From positions 1 to 32,248 of the IMG/VR virus record IMGVR_UViG_3300016675_000190: a stretch of DNA of 32,248 nucleotides; one strand, written 5' to 3'. The position numbers and the translations under genes are program-made. The notes beneath the pieces are model-generated. The model was not told the DNA's origin. It made no database searches and saw only the letters and a list, made by a program, of their open reading frames with translations. Below are positions 16,550-27,300 of the stretch, one piece after another (positions within the stretch are counted from its first letter, which is position 1; every line of letters starts with the position of its first letter). The stretch comes from a virus (taxonomy: Duplodnaviria; Caudoviricetes).

Positions 16550-17227
16550 ATGACTTTGACTGTTACCCCCATTACTCTTCCTGAACTTACTCAAGCCACC
16601 ATGGACGGCACCGGTGTCTTTGACACTCTGATGCGTGCCATGAAAGCCCATGTGGAGCGTGAGTACCGAGATGGTCGAATCAAGGGCACAGACTACGCCA
16701 CGGTTTACCTGGGTGCTATGCAGTCTGTGCTGGATTCTTCTCTGCGTTTTCTCTTGGAGAAAGATCAAGCCAATCTGCAAGCAGAGAAAATCAAAGCTGA
16801 AGTTGAACTGGCTGCTGCTCAGAAAGCTTTGGTTGAGCAACAGGTGCTCAATGCTGTTGTTGAGAATGCTGTCCTGGTAGCTCAAGAGTGCAAGCTCAAG
16901 GCTGAATTTGACTTGATCAAGGAACAGGTTCTGAAGTCTGCTGCTGAGACTGAGCTTCTGAATCAGAAGCTGTTGACTGAGAAGGCTCAGGTTACTGCAC
17001 TGGGTGTTGATCCTGACAGTGTGGTGGGTCGTCAGAAGGCACTGTACGCTGCTCAAACCAATGGTTATGAGCGTGATGCAGAGCAGAAGGCTGCTGACTT
17101 GATGATCAAGTCTTGGGCCACTCGTCGGACCACTGACGAAGCTACGGTGGCTGACAGTACCAACATGCTTTATGACCAAGCGGTTGGTCGAGCAGTTACG
17201 AAACTACTGAACGGCATTGGGGCTTAA
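16550..17227 (+). CDS. N4 gp54-like virion structural protein
   Basis: G.GVFD.LM.A...H...EY..GRI.G.DYA.VYLG motif; synteny. Confidence 0.8.
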   Translation: MTLTVTPITLPELTQATMDGTGVFDTLMRAMKAHVEREYRDGRIKGTDYATVYLGAMQSVLDSSLRFLLEKDQANLQAEKIKAEVELAAAQKALVEQQVLNAVVENAVLVAQECKLKAEFDLIKEQVLKSAAETELLNQKLLTEKAQVTALGVDPDSVVGRQKALYAAQTNGYERDAEQKAADLMIKSWATRRTTDEATVADSTNMLYDQAVGRAVTKLLNGIGA

Positions 17228-17246
17228 TTCCCAACCCAAACAAAAC

Positions 17247-17277
17247 AAGGGAGCCAAGTGCTCCCTTATTCATTTCT
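17247..17277 (+). terminator. probable weak terminator after gp54-like gene
   Basis: AAGGGAGC-CAAGT-GCTCCCTT then ATTCATTTCT. Confidence 0.55.
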
Positions 17278-17286
17278 GGAGGTTTT

Positions 17287-19563
17287 ATGGGCTTGTTCAG
17301 TAGCAAAAAAGTTACCTCTGTGGGTACTTCAGTATCCAGAGTGATCAAAGACAATCAAGTTCCTGACACCATTCGTGGTGCCATGATCACGGCTTTGTAT
17401 CGTGATGAAGACTTGGTAGACAACATCCTCGAAGGCTACCTGGGTTCTTTGGGCGTTCGTATGGAGATGATGTATCGCTATGCAGAGCGAGAAGGCTCCT
17501 ATGGAATGCCTACCGGTGAAATCGTTTCCAGTACTCAAGGTGGACCTGAAGTACAAGCAGTGCTTGATGCTCTGGAAGGCCAGCCTGTCCTGGTGGAGTA
17601 CCGTCATTTTGGTGCTCCGAATATGTACCACATGGCTTGGAAAATGCTCCATGAGCAATATGGGTATAACCCCCAAACCAATGAGATTGGTGCCTTATCT
17701 TCCCAGTTGAATCAAACAGTTTACTTGGACGATATTGTCCTGGAACTACCATATTCTGAGTTGGATAATCACGACCCAAATGAAATTGTTCTTTGGGGGG
17801 ATTCTCCCTCTTCTGGTTTTACACCTGAACGTAAGTTGGTTGTCGATGGGTATGCCAATAAGTACTACCCTCCTACTAAGCCCTTGTTTGCTTCATACGT
17901 TACTCAACCCAGAATGGTTGTGAAGTATATCTATGAAGCTCGTAGTGGTAGTGGTCTTAACAGAACTCGCACAATCACCAGAGGGACGGTTATTCTTACT
18001 CCTCCCTTTACAGGTGACGATGACTACTTCCATGTCAAATACAGAGTGAATGGGCAAGTCAAGTATTGGATGTATGAATATGGTTCGGGAGTACATCCGA
18101 CTTTGGATGCTGCCTATCTTTCGTCTCCACTTACTATTGGTGACTATTACCCCAATATTTATTTCCGTTTGGGAAAGCAGAAAATCAGCAAAGCTGCCAG
18201 ACCAAACCAATATCGAACTCAAAGACGAATGGCTAAATATGTCGGCTTTGACTACGATTTGATTTTGGACTCTCTTCACGAGAATCCTGATATTGATGAT
18301 GTTGAGCAAGCGTTTATTAACTTTGGTGTTAATGCAGATACCCAAGATCCATTGGATTTGCAGTACCTATACCTGTACTTTGACAACCTGTACCAAACCC
18401 AAGAGTCTCAACCTGAGACTAATACACCTACTGTAACGATCGCACAAAGGCTGTCGCGTCGTCGTATTGGCAAAGGCATTGCACGAGGAATCGTGATCAA
18501 GGATCAAGCTTTCAAGCATGAGCTTATTCACGAAGGTGTAGAGAAATTGAGGTTTCCTGGATCTATTGGAAGTGTCGGTACAGTCACTGCTTCCAAAGGT
18601 TTCATCAAGTTCAAAACTCTGCGTTCAAATAGAGACGGCACAGAAGAGATCGTGAATCGGGATTTTCCTTGTCGGTTTTACCGCAAGCAAATATCTCCTG
18701 GTTTCTACGATGAATTGCGGGTTATCAATATCGTGATGAAGTACTACATCCAAGGTAAGTACTACACCACGCTTGGTGATGAGAACAAAGAAATTCTTTT
18801 GATTCCCCTTGACCGTACTTTGATGAAAGAGTTTCAAGCCAAAGATCGAGAAAAGCTTGTAGCTCGGTCAATGCATTTGGTGGCTAATAGCCGAGTGGTT
18901 CAAAAGGTGAGATGGTATGAGCAAGGGTGGTTTGCTGATTTGCTCATGGTCGTAGCCGTTGTTTTGACAGTTTTCTCTCTTGGTCAAGATGGGGGATTTT
19001 TCGTAACTGCTGCTGCTGCGATTTCGGCGGGTAGCTATCTCTACTTTGTTTATCTGGTTGCTCTTGAGATTCTTATTCAAATGGCAATTCAAGCCGCCAT
19101 CAAGCTTTTTGTAAAGCTGGTTGGTCTTGATTTGGCTTTCTTGGCTGCTTTGGTTGCTGCTGCATATGGCGTGACTACAGGGCTTGCGAAAACAAGTACG
19201 TCAGCAGTGAAAGGAATCCTGTCTGCTCAAGGGTTGCTTCAGTTGGCTTCCGGTATCACTAGAGGTATTTCAGCTAACGTAGCTGACCAAATGGCAGACT
19301 TGAATAAGGAATTTCAAAGCTTCTCTTCCGAAGTTGAGGAAAAGACTAAGCTCATTGAAGAAGGTGCTGCGCTTCTTGAAAACAGAACTCTACTGAGTCC
19401 TTTTGTGATCTTGGGTGAAAAGCCTAATCACTACTACAAGAGGACAATACATTCCGGTAACATTGGCACACTGATTTATGACGACTTGCATAACTATGTC
19501 AGTCGTTCGTTGCAGCTGCCAGATTTCTCTACTTCCATTGGAGGTATCAAATATGACTTCTAA
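17287..19563 (+). CDS. N4 gp53-like protein with hydrophobic C-terminal region
   Basis: MGLFSSKK start, SD GGAGG; K.RWY..GWF followed by several hydrophobic helices; synteny. Confidence 0.8.
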   Translation: MGLFSSKKVTSVGTSVSRVIKDNQVPDTIRGAMITALYRDEDLVDNILEGYLGSLGVRMEMMYRYAEREGSYGMPTGEIVSSTQGGPEVQAVLDALEGQPVLVEYRHFGAPNMYHMAWKMLHEQYGYNPQTNEIGALSSQLNQTVYLDDIVLELPYSELDNHDPNEIVLWGDSPSSGFTPERKLVVDGYANKYYPPTKPLFASYVTQPRMVVKYIYEARSGSGLNRTRTITRGTVILTPPFTGDDDYFHVKYRVNGQVKYWMYEYGSGVHPTLDAAYLSSPLTIGDYYPNIYFRLGKQKISKAARPNQYRTQRRMAKYVGFDYDLILDSLHENPDIDDVEQAFINFGVNADTQDPLDLQYLYLYFDNLYQTQESQPETNTPTVTIAQRLSRRRIGKGIARGIVIKDQAFKHELIHEGVEKLRFPGSIGSVGTVTASKGFIKFKTLRSNRDGTEEIVNRDFPCRFYRKQISPGFYDELRVINIVMKYYIQGKYYTTLGDENKEILLIPLDRTLMKEFQAKDREKLVARSMHLVANSRVVQKVRWYEQGWFADLLMVVAVVLTVFSLGQDGGFFVTAAAAISAGSYLYFVYLVALEILIQMAIQAAIKLFVKLVGLDLAFLAALVAAAYGVTTGLAKTSTSAVKGILSAQGLLQLASGITRGISANVADQMADLNKEFQSFSSEVEEKTKLIEEGAALLENRTLLSPFVILGEKPNHYYKRTIHSGNIGTLIYDDLHNYVSRSLQLPDFSTSIGGIKYDF

Positions 19564-20017
19564 CTACATGCCTCTGCAATTTCAGAGCCCCCAATTTCTT
19601 CCTCAAATGGATCGGTACGATCCGATGCTATTGAGCGTTAATGCAGGCACTCAAAGTGCTTTGTCGCCTACCGTTTCTGGAGCTGGTGGCGGCAACTGGT
19701 GGGAGAACTTCAACAAGATGTTGAAAGAGTCCGGCTTCCTGACCTCTACAGATCAGAAGGGCCTCACTACCCAAGGCTGGGGCAACATGGCTTTTGCTGC
19801 TGGACAAGGGCTGCTCAATGCCTATACCGGCATGAAGCAACTGGATCTCTACAAAGATCAACTGGCCTTTCAGAAAGAGGCCTTCAACAAGAACTACGAA
19901 GCACAACGATCGACCATCAACAGTCAGTTGGAAGATCGTCAACGTGCTCGCGTGGCCTCTAACTCTGGTGCTTACCAATCTGTTGGTGAGTACATGGACA
20001 AGAATCGGATCAAGTAA
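19553..20017 (+). CDS. N4 gp52-like small internal virion (ejection) protein
   Basis: start moved to MTSNY with SD GGAGG; QLAFQKEAFNKNYEAQR...N.QLEDRQRARVAS motif; no Cys. Confidence 0.8.
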   Translation: MTSNYMPLQFQSPQFLPQMDRYDPMLLSVNAGTQSALSPTVSGAGGGNWWENFNKMLKESGFLTSTDQKGLTTQGWGNMAFAAGQGLLNAYTGMKQLDLYKDQLAFQKEAFNKNYEAQRSTINSQLEDRQRARVASNSGAYQSVGEYMDKNRIK

Positions 20018-21204
20018 TGGCAGGACCAATCACATGGCGTAACGTGGATGCGCCCAATTTGGGCGATCCTAGTCGTACCCTGGCCATGGCTCAGGGTTCT
20101 TTCAACAGTGTCTTTGACGCATTCAACGAGCAACTCAAGCGTCTGGAAACGACTGACGCAAATAACTGGCAGGTACAGAAACAGCTCAACACTGAAGATC
20201 AATTGAACTGGTTGAGTCAGTTCAAGACGCCTGAAGAGGCTCAGGCTGCTTTGGCTTCAGGGGAACTCCAAAACCGTCTTGCTCAAGCAGGGGGTCAGAT
20301 TGATGCCAAGGCTGTGCGTCAAGCAGAGCAAGCGTTGATTCCTGAGTTGCAACGGCGCGTTGTACTGGACCAGCAGTTCCAAGATCAAAAGAGCGATCTT
20401 AGTGAACGTGATGCAGTCGGGAACATCCGTACCTTGATTGCAGCGGGTAAGTTCAAAGATGCTGGCTCAGCTATTCAGTCTGCTGGTGTTCGTGCAGGTA
20501 CGGCAGCTACCTTGCAACGTGAGTTGTTGGAAGCCAGCCGTGGTGAGCAACGGTTCGGATGGGAGGCAGAAGATCAACGGCGACAAAACATGGAGTTTCA
20601 GCTTCGTCAAAAGGAATCCAATGCACGCATGGCCCAGCTCAAGAGAGAGCAGGACAAGGTTAAATGGATGGATCTTCTGAAGGTGCAGGAAGCCAAGTTG
20701 GGTGCTGATGCTGCTGTGGCTCAAAAGGCCATGGGTCAGTCGTACTTCAGGGGTAAGCCTGCGTCTGACTTGGAAAGTCAGGCACAGATTGCTGAAGTCC
20801 TTAAAACTACCGGTATTGGTGCGGCTGATATTGGAACCAATCCCTCCAATTTTGTAGACAGGTTGATCAAAGCATCCATGAAAAGCAAGTCGGGGGATCG
20901 TCTCATTGCTGCTGATGGTAAGTCGCTTAACCTCTCAATTACTGATCCCAAAACCAATAAGCCCCAGACAATCCAAGTTCCCCTCACTGCTGAATTGTTG
21001 ACTGCGGCCATTCAACGGGCCAATGGTGCAGTACTTGATCCGACGATCAATAGTGTTTCCAAGGAACTTCGTGCCATTGTCAAAACACCTGAATTTGCTG
21101 CTGCTGCTTTGCAGTACAAGTTGGGTGAGGGTGCAATGGTTGAAGTTGAAACAGCCCGTCAACAAGCTTTGCAGCAAATGATTGACAGGATGAGTCCTCG
21201 GTAA
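20017..21204 (+). CDS. N4 gp51-like internal virion (ejection) protein
   Basis: ITWRNV N-terminus; TAATG coupling to gp52-like gene; helical Q/A-rich, no Cys; upstream of vRNAP. Confidence 0.75.
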   Translation: MAGPITWRNVDAPNLGDPSRTLAMAQGSFNSVFDAFNEQLKRLETTDANNWQVQKQLNTEDQLNWLSQFKTPEEAQAALASGELQNRLAQAGGQIDAKAVRQAEQALIPELQRRVVLDQQFQDQKSDLSERDAVGNIRTLIAAGKFKDAGSAIQSAGVRAGTAATLQRELLEASRGEQRFGWEAEDQRRQNMEFQLRQKESNARMAQLKREQDKVKWMDLLKVQEAKLGADAAVAQKAMGQSYFRGKPASDLESQAQIAEVLKTTGIGAADIGTNPSNFVDRLIKASMKSKSGDRLIAADGKSLNLSITDPKTNKPQTIQVPLTAELLTAAIQRANGAVLDPTINSVSKELRAIVKTPEFAAAALQYKLGEGAMVEVETARQQALQQMIDRMSPR

Positions 21205-21220
21205 TCTGTTCCGTTAAAAC

Positions 21221-21260
21221 AAATCGACCTGGGGTTAAATATCTCAGGTCGATTTCTATA
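21221..21260 (+). terminator. long hairpin (terminator or processing site) before vRNAP gene
   Basis: AAATCGACCTGGGGT-TAAAT-ATCTCAGGTCGATTT. Confidence 0.55.
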
Positions 21261-21300
21261 TTGGGTGTACTAGAATCTCTCCTAAATTTGGAGATTCCTT

Positions 21301-24300
21301 ATGACCCAAAACACAAATTTGGCCAAACTCCAAAGTTTGGCAGCTTCCCAAAATGGGAACACCGGTGTAGCTGATCTGTTGGCTCTCCGAAGACAACAAA
21401 TTGCTTCTGACCTGGAAGGTTTGAAGCAAGTTCACGCAGATAACGTCCGATACCAAAAAGCCAATGAAGACAGCTGGGTCAATAAGCTGGGCATGACTCC
21501 TGGCACTGTCCAGGCAGATACCGTCAATGCTTTGGCTTCTCTGGGTTCTGGTGTTGCACGTTTGGCTGGTACAGCTACTGCTGCGATTCCCCTTGCAGGA
21601 TCTCTTTACGATTCCTCGGTGCTGAACGATAAGCACTATGAAGCCTACCAACGCTTCCAACAAGGAAATGCAACTGAACAGGATATGGAGTTGTTGAACT
21701 CCACTACTCCTGGCATGAACAAGGTATTCGCCAATCAAACGGTGCGTGAAACGATTGATCGTGCGGCCAATCGTCGTGAGCTGACCCGAGATATCTTGGA
21801 TGCTTTTGACGCATCCAGCATTGTCCAAAGTGACAACCGTGATCAGCTGGTCAGCGATGCCAAAGAAGCATTTGCTCAGCCTTGGGAGCAAGCCAAGAAG
21901 GGCTGGAAAGGCATCCAAGACGGCTCCAGCGGAGCGAAGAACCTGGAATCTTGGGGTGATCTGGCCGCTGGTGCTGGCAAGTTGGTTGCTGGTGGTGTGA
22001 AGGCACTGGTCACTAACCCTGCTGGTACGGGCGAGTTCATTGCCGAGAACCTTCCTCAAGTTGGTGTTGGTGCTTTAGGCGCGGCTGGTAAGGCAGCTCT
22101 GTTGGCCAGCAATGCTGGTTACGCTGGCGATGCCTATGTGGAAGGTATTGAGAACTTCCAGAAAGCCAATGACGGTGCAATGCCCTCTGACGAACAGCGT
22201 CAAGAGATGGGTGCTTGGGCTGCTTCAACCTTTGTTGCAGAGCAAGTTGCTGATGCAAAACTGCTCAAGTCGGTTATGGGTGCTGACGTGGCTGAAGCTG
22301 CCAAGGATGGTTTCAAGAAAGCCTTGGTTGCTGCCAGCCGTGAGATGGCTAAGGACATGGGCCTAGAGGCTGCAACGGAAGGCTATCAAACGGTTGCTGA
22401 AGGCAAAGCCAAGCTGCAAGAAGCTTCTGCTGAAGACGTGTACGTGGCTTCGGTGATTGGTGCCGGTGCAGGCGGAGGTATTAGTGGATTGGGTAGCTCT
22501 GGTGCTTTGGCTTCGACTGCTGGCGAGGCCATCAAGAGCAAGTACAACAAGCTTGCTGATGAAGCAGAAAACGAAGCTCCAGCCGTGCCCAAGTCAGCGG
22601 CTTTTGACCGTGCAGTAGCAGAGCGTAATCCCGACTTGATTACTGAAGGAAAGTCGTCTGGCACTCCTGATGAAGCTTTGGCTGTTGTTCACCGTCTGGC
22701 TACTGATGGCAAAGCCACTCCTGAAGAACGCACAGCTTTGCAATCCAAAGCCAAGTCTTTGGTGGAAGCCATTGCCAATGAGACGGCTGCCCTGAGAGCG
22801 TCTACTTCCCAAGGTCGTCAAGCCATTGCAAATGAACTCGCTGAGATCGAAGCTCAGTTGTCTCAGATGCCTGCTAACGCCCCTGAGCGAGCAAATCAAG
22901 AGCAACTGGCTGAACTGCTTCGTGAAGAGCTGGCTCAGGCTGCTCCCGATGAGGCCAAGCAACAGGCCATTGATGCTCAGTTGAAGAAAGCAGAGCAACG
23001 CTTGGCCAATGCTGAGCAGCTCTACGCTGCTGTCCTGGAAGAGGGCTCCAAGAAAGAAGAGTTTGAAGCTACCTTCAACAAAGCCAATGCTGTGCTAGAT
23101 GGTTTGGATGATGTTGCTGTTGAGCAGTCTCGCCAAGCTGCTAAACAAGTCGTAGTTCTTTCTATGGCTTCTCCTCAGAACTTGCCTGCTAAGCAAGCTC
23201 GGGAGCTGGTGAGCAATCGTTCCAATGCTTTGACAGACACTGAACGTGATTACCTCGCTGCTTACGCTGATGCCACAGAAGCTATTGAAGCTTTGGAAGG
23301 CATCAAGCAAGTCAACAAGGAAGTCTTGTACGGGGACAAGGCCAAGGATCAAATGGGCATGGTCCAGTACCGTGAGCGTATCGGTCAGGCTTTGTCTTCG
23401 GGCAATGTCACCCAGGCCATTCGCAGTCTTCAAGGTTTGGTCAAGTTTGCTCAAGGGCACCGTCTGAAGGCTAATGCCATGGCTCAGGCATTTGAGCAGT
23501 TCCAGCAATCAGGTCGCCCTATGCAAGTGGTGCGTACTGACGCTGGTTGGCAGGTCAGTCCGTTGACCATGAGCAAGGATGAGATGAAGGCTTTGGGCAA
23601 GGGCAATGCTTATGACATTGGTAAGAATTCTCAGCGTCTGGTGGAGGTTACAGTCAAGGAAGCTGAAGCAATTGAGCTAACCAAGAAAGCTCTCCAGGCT
23701 GCGTTTTCCTTGCCTACTTCTGAGCAGACCCAAAGCCAGAAGCCTCAGCAAGCCACTTCCCCGGCCCCACAGCAAGCGATTGAGCCTGAGCAGGTATCTG
23801 CACCTCAACCAGAGGCCCAACAAGAGCAGGCAGCTCCTGAAAGCCCTCCTCAGCCTCAGCCCAAGCAGAAGGTCAAAGCCAAGACTAAGACCAAGGCTCC
23901 AGAGACTCTGGAGAAGACTCTTGAGCGTGCTGAGAAAGCCTATCGTCGTGTTGCGCGTAACAACCCGGCAAGCTTGTATTCCGCACTGAAAAACAGGCTT
24001 GGCGACAGTGACTTGAATGAGATTTACGGTCCTGACTGGAAGAAGCGTTTTACTTCTCTCAAAGGTAAGAACAGCAAGGCACTGGGTGATCTGATTGAAG
24101 ATGGTTCTCTTGACGCTTTCCTACCTGCTAACTTGCAGTTTGGTAACGGTATAGCTTCTGGCCTGGATGCCATGAGTGAAGCTCGGGAACTGATCGTTGA
24201 TCGCCTGCGTGAACGTAATTACCTGACCCAAGACACAATCAATCAACTGGCTCAAATGGACGTTGAAATCCAACGTCTTGAAGAAGCCTTGGCTAACCAA

Positions 24301-27300
24301 AGCACTGAAAGCCTGCAAGATGAACTTGACCGAACAATCGAAGAACTCGAATCCATCCCTACAACCGACACAGCCAATGACGCCGGAACAAGCGATGGAG
24401 CAGATCCGGTCGTTGCCTCCGAAGCAGAGACTGGAAGTGTTGACAGCACTGTTGCAGAAGAGGTTGGAACAGGAAAGCTGACTGCTCTTGCTGATGAGGC
24501 TAACCCTGTTTCTAAATTGATCAAGCAAGGTGAGGGCAGTGATGATGTTGCCAGCAAACGCCCTTTGGTTGCAGTCAAAGATTTCTTGTCTTCCTGGCTT
24601 GAAGGCAAGGTTAGCCCTGCTCAATTCTTGAAAGATGGTCTGACTGAAGAACAGAAGACTGCCCTACGCTCTTTTGCCAAGAATGCAAAGAAATGGGCAC
24701 CTGTTATTCAAGGCCTACTGGCTCGTAATCAGGATCAGAAGTACTCCTATCAAAGTCCTGTTGAGTACTTGATGGCTGAGACAGATGGCAAGCTTGACCT
24801 GGATGAGAACGTCAAGACTGCCATGTCTATGGCAATGATGACTTGGCTTGCAGATGCGGTATCTCGAAACCTGGTGAACAATGACGAGGCAATTAACGCT
24901 ATCTTGGGCCGTGCTTCTGATGATTTTGTAAATGATAGGGAATGGGCAGCATTGGCGTATATCGGTGTACGTCGAGCTGCTGTAGCCGATTCCTTGGGTC
25001 AAAAAATCGTCAGTGCTTTGGGCATCAAAGCAACTAAAGATGCTTCGTTGGATTTCATTCCTAAGTTGGAAGCTTCTTTGGGTGCTTATGCTTTGGAAGC
25101 GTTGATTGAAGCTGGGCTGGTTAAAACTGAAGTTATCTCTGGTGAAGCGTTCAAGCAACTTACCGGAAGTAAAGATACGGATACAAATGCCTCACACATT
25201 TTCATTAAGGTTGCTCAAGAACGTAAAGGACAAGTTAGCCCTGAAGTTAGAGCTATCGTTGATTCTTTGAAGGGATCTAAGAACGTCATCGAAAAGTTGT
25301 TTGGTGTGGAAGCTTCGTATAAAGCTCCTAGTTTTGAGCCAGTACCGTTTACTCAAACCAAAGCAAAAGATTCCAGAAAGAAGGTGCCTTCTTATCTGGC
25401 AAAGATCCTTGAAAAGAAAAACAAGGAACAGAACTTTGTTGCTCAAGATATCTTCCGTCTTGTGGCTTCAATGGCTGAAGACCTTGTAATGGAAATGGCC
25501 GGTGGCACTGCCCGTGTTGAAGAGGATCTGCACATCTCTCGACGCAAGGCAGCTGAAGCCAAGAACGATGGTCTTCGTAGAGAGATCAGTAACTTCATTA
25601 ACTTTGTAGCTGATGGTGTTGCTCCTTCAGAGCAAGGGCTGAATACGCCTTTCTACTTTGAGCACAATGTTTGGAAGAACCAGCGTGTAGGTATCACCAA
25701 CAATTTGGTGAATCCTCAGACCAGCAAGGTTCATCGGTACATGATCTACCGTCCTTCCTGGGAGACTGAGGTTGATCCTTCTAACACCCAGCAGATGAAC
25801 AATTTCAAGCTGCGTGTGCTTGAAGGCTTGGGTGTAAAAACTGATAAGAAAGCCAATGCCAAGTCGTTGGCCGAATGGAAAAGCAAGACTGAAAACGAAG
25901 TCATTGCACAAGGCGTAGCTGCCATCCAAGCCAGCCTGAATGGCCAGGAACTTACTCAAGAACAGCAGATTGCTGTTCGTAATGCTGTTGCTGAGGGTGG
26001 TGAGAAATTCCACTCACTGAGCAGCTTGGTTGCATTGGCACATTGGAAGAACGCCAATGGAGGAAAGTTCACTGTTCGCCTGACTGGTGAAGTCGATGGT
26101 GTGACCAACGGACCTATGTTGAGCCATGTCTTCCTTGGAGCTGCTGCAACGGTAGGTGAGCTGTTTGGTTTGGTCAACAAGGGCGGTTTCTTCCAGGCGG
26201 GAAGCCCCTTCAACAACTACAACATCTTCCGTGGAAGTGACGGTGCAATGGACTTGTATGAGTCCGTGGCTGAAATGATGATCAATGATGTGAAGGCCCT
26301 CAAGAATCCTAATCTGGATGCTCTTTGGACTTTCACAGGTGAGCTTGGAACTGAAGATAACAAGGTTTCCAAAGCTGGTCGTGACATTGTTAAGAAGCCA
26401 ATTACAGCTTTGATGTTTGGCTCTTCTCTTAATAAAGTTGTGGAAGGTATGTCTGAGTCTTTCCTTGAGTCTGTTTACAAGACCATCGAAAAAGTGGCGC
26501 AAGGTAAAGAAGACAAAGATAAGGTATTGGCCAGTTTGAAAGTGGTGCTGGGTAGACAAGCATGGCCTGAGAAAATGACTGTTGAGCAGATGATGAACAC
26601 GGATTTCACTGAACAACAGCAAGCCCAGATCAAATCCTTCTTTGCTGCTCAGTTAGGAGATACGGTTAAGCAAGTCATGCAAACCAAGTTTGCTGTTTTC
26701 TTGGAGCGTCGTGATTCTTTGAACAAGACCGCAAACTTTGCTTTTGGTTTGTATGACAGCGTGTATCAGTCCTTGCGTAATGGGTACATCGACTTTTTGA
26801 AAGAGTCTGGTGCTATTGAGGTTGACGGAGCAGGTAAGCCTATTCGTGACCTTACCCAAGAACAACAAGCAAAGTTGGACAAGCTTACTCAACGGCTTGA
26901 ACCCATCATGAGCACTGTCATGTCTCTCCGTTCTAAAGAACTGGGGGCAGCTATTTCGATGGTGAACACTGAACGTAAGCTGAGCGATGATCCTCTTTAC
27001 CGTGCCACTGTTCGCTTTAACAGAGCAAAAAATAAGTCGAGTAAATACAGTGCTCAAGCATTGAAGTTGTCTGGTCCTGGTGTGGCAATGGTTCCTTTTG
27101 CTACTCACTCAGGTGATAGCGGCGTTTCCCATGAAGCGGTAGAGAAGACCGAAGCCTTGAACATCCATGATGCTCATGTGGCAGGTATGGGTATCTTTGT
27201 TGATGTGGCCCGTAATCTGAACGAAGCTACTTGGAACACCTTGCTTGAGTACTCTCCTGCAACTGAGGTGTACAACAGTCTTGAGCGCACCATCCGTGGT

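Noticed and set aside
21204-21210. ATCTGTT matching the T7 class II pause/termination heptamer
   Set aside because: A single 7-mer is expected by chance in 32 kb, and N4-like late genes are transcribed by host polymerase
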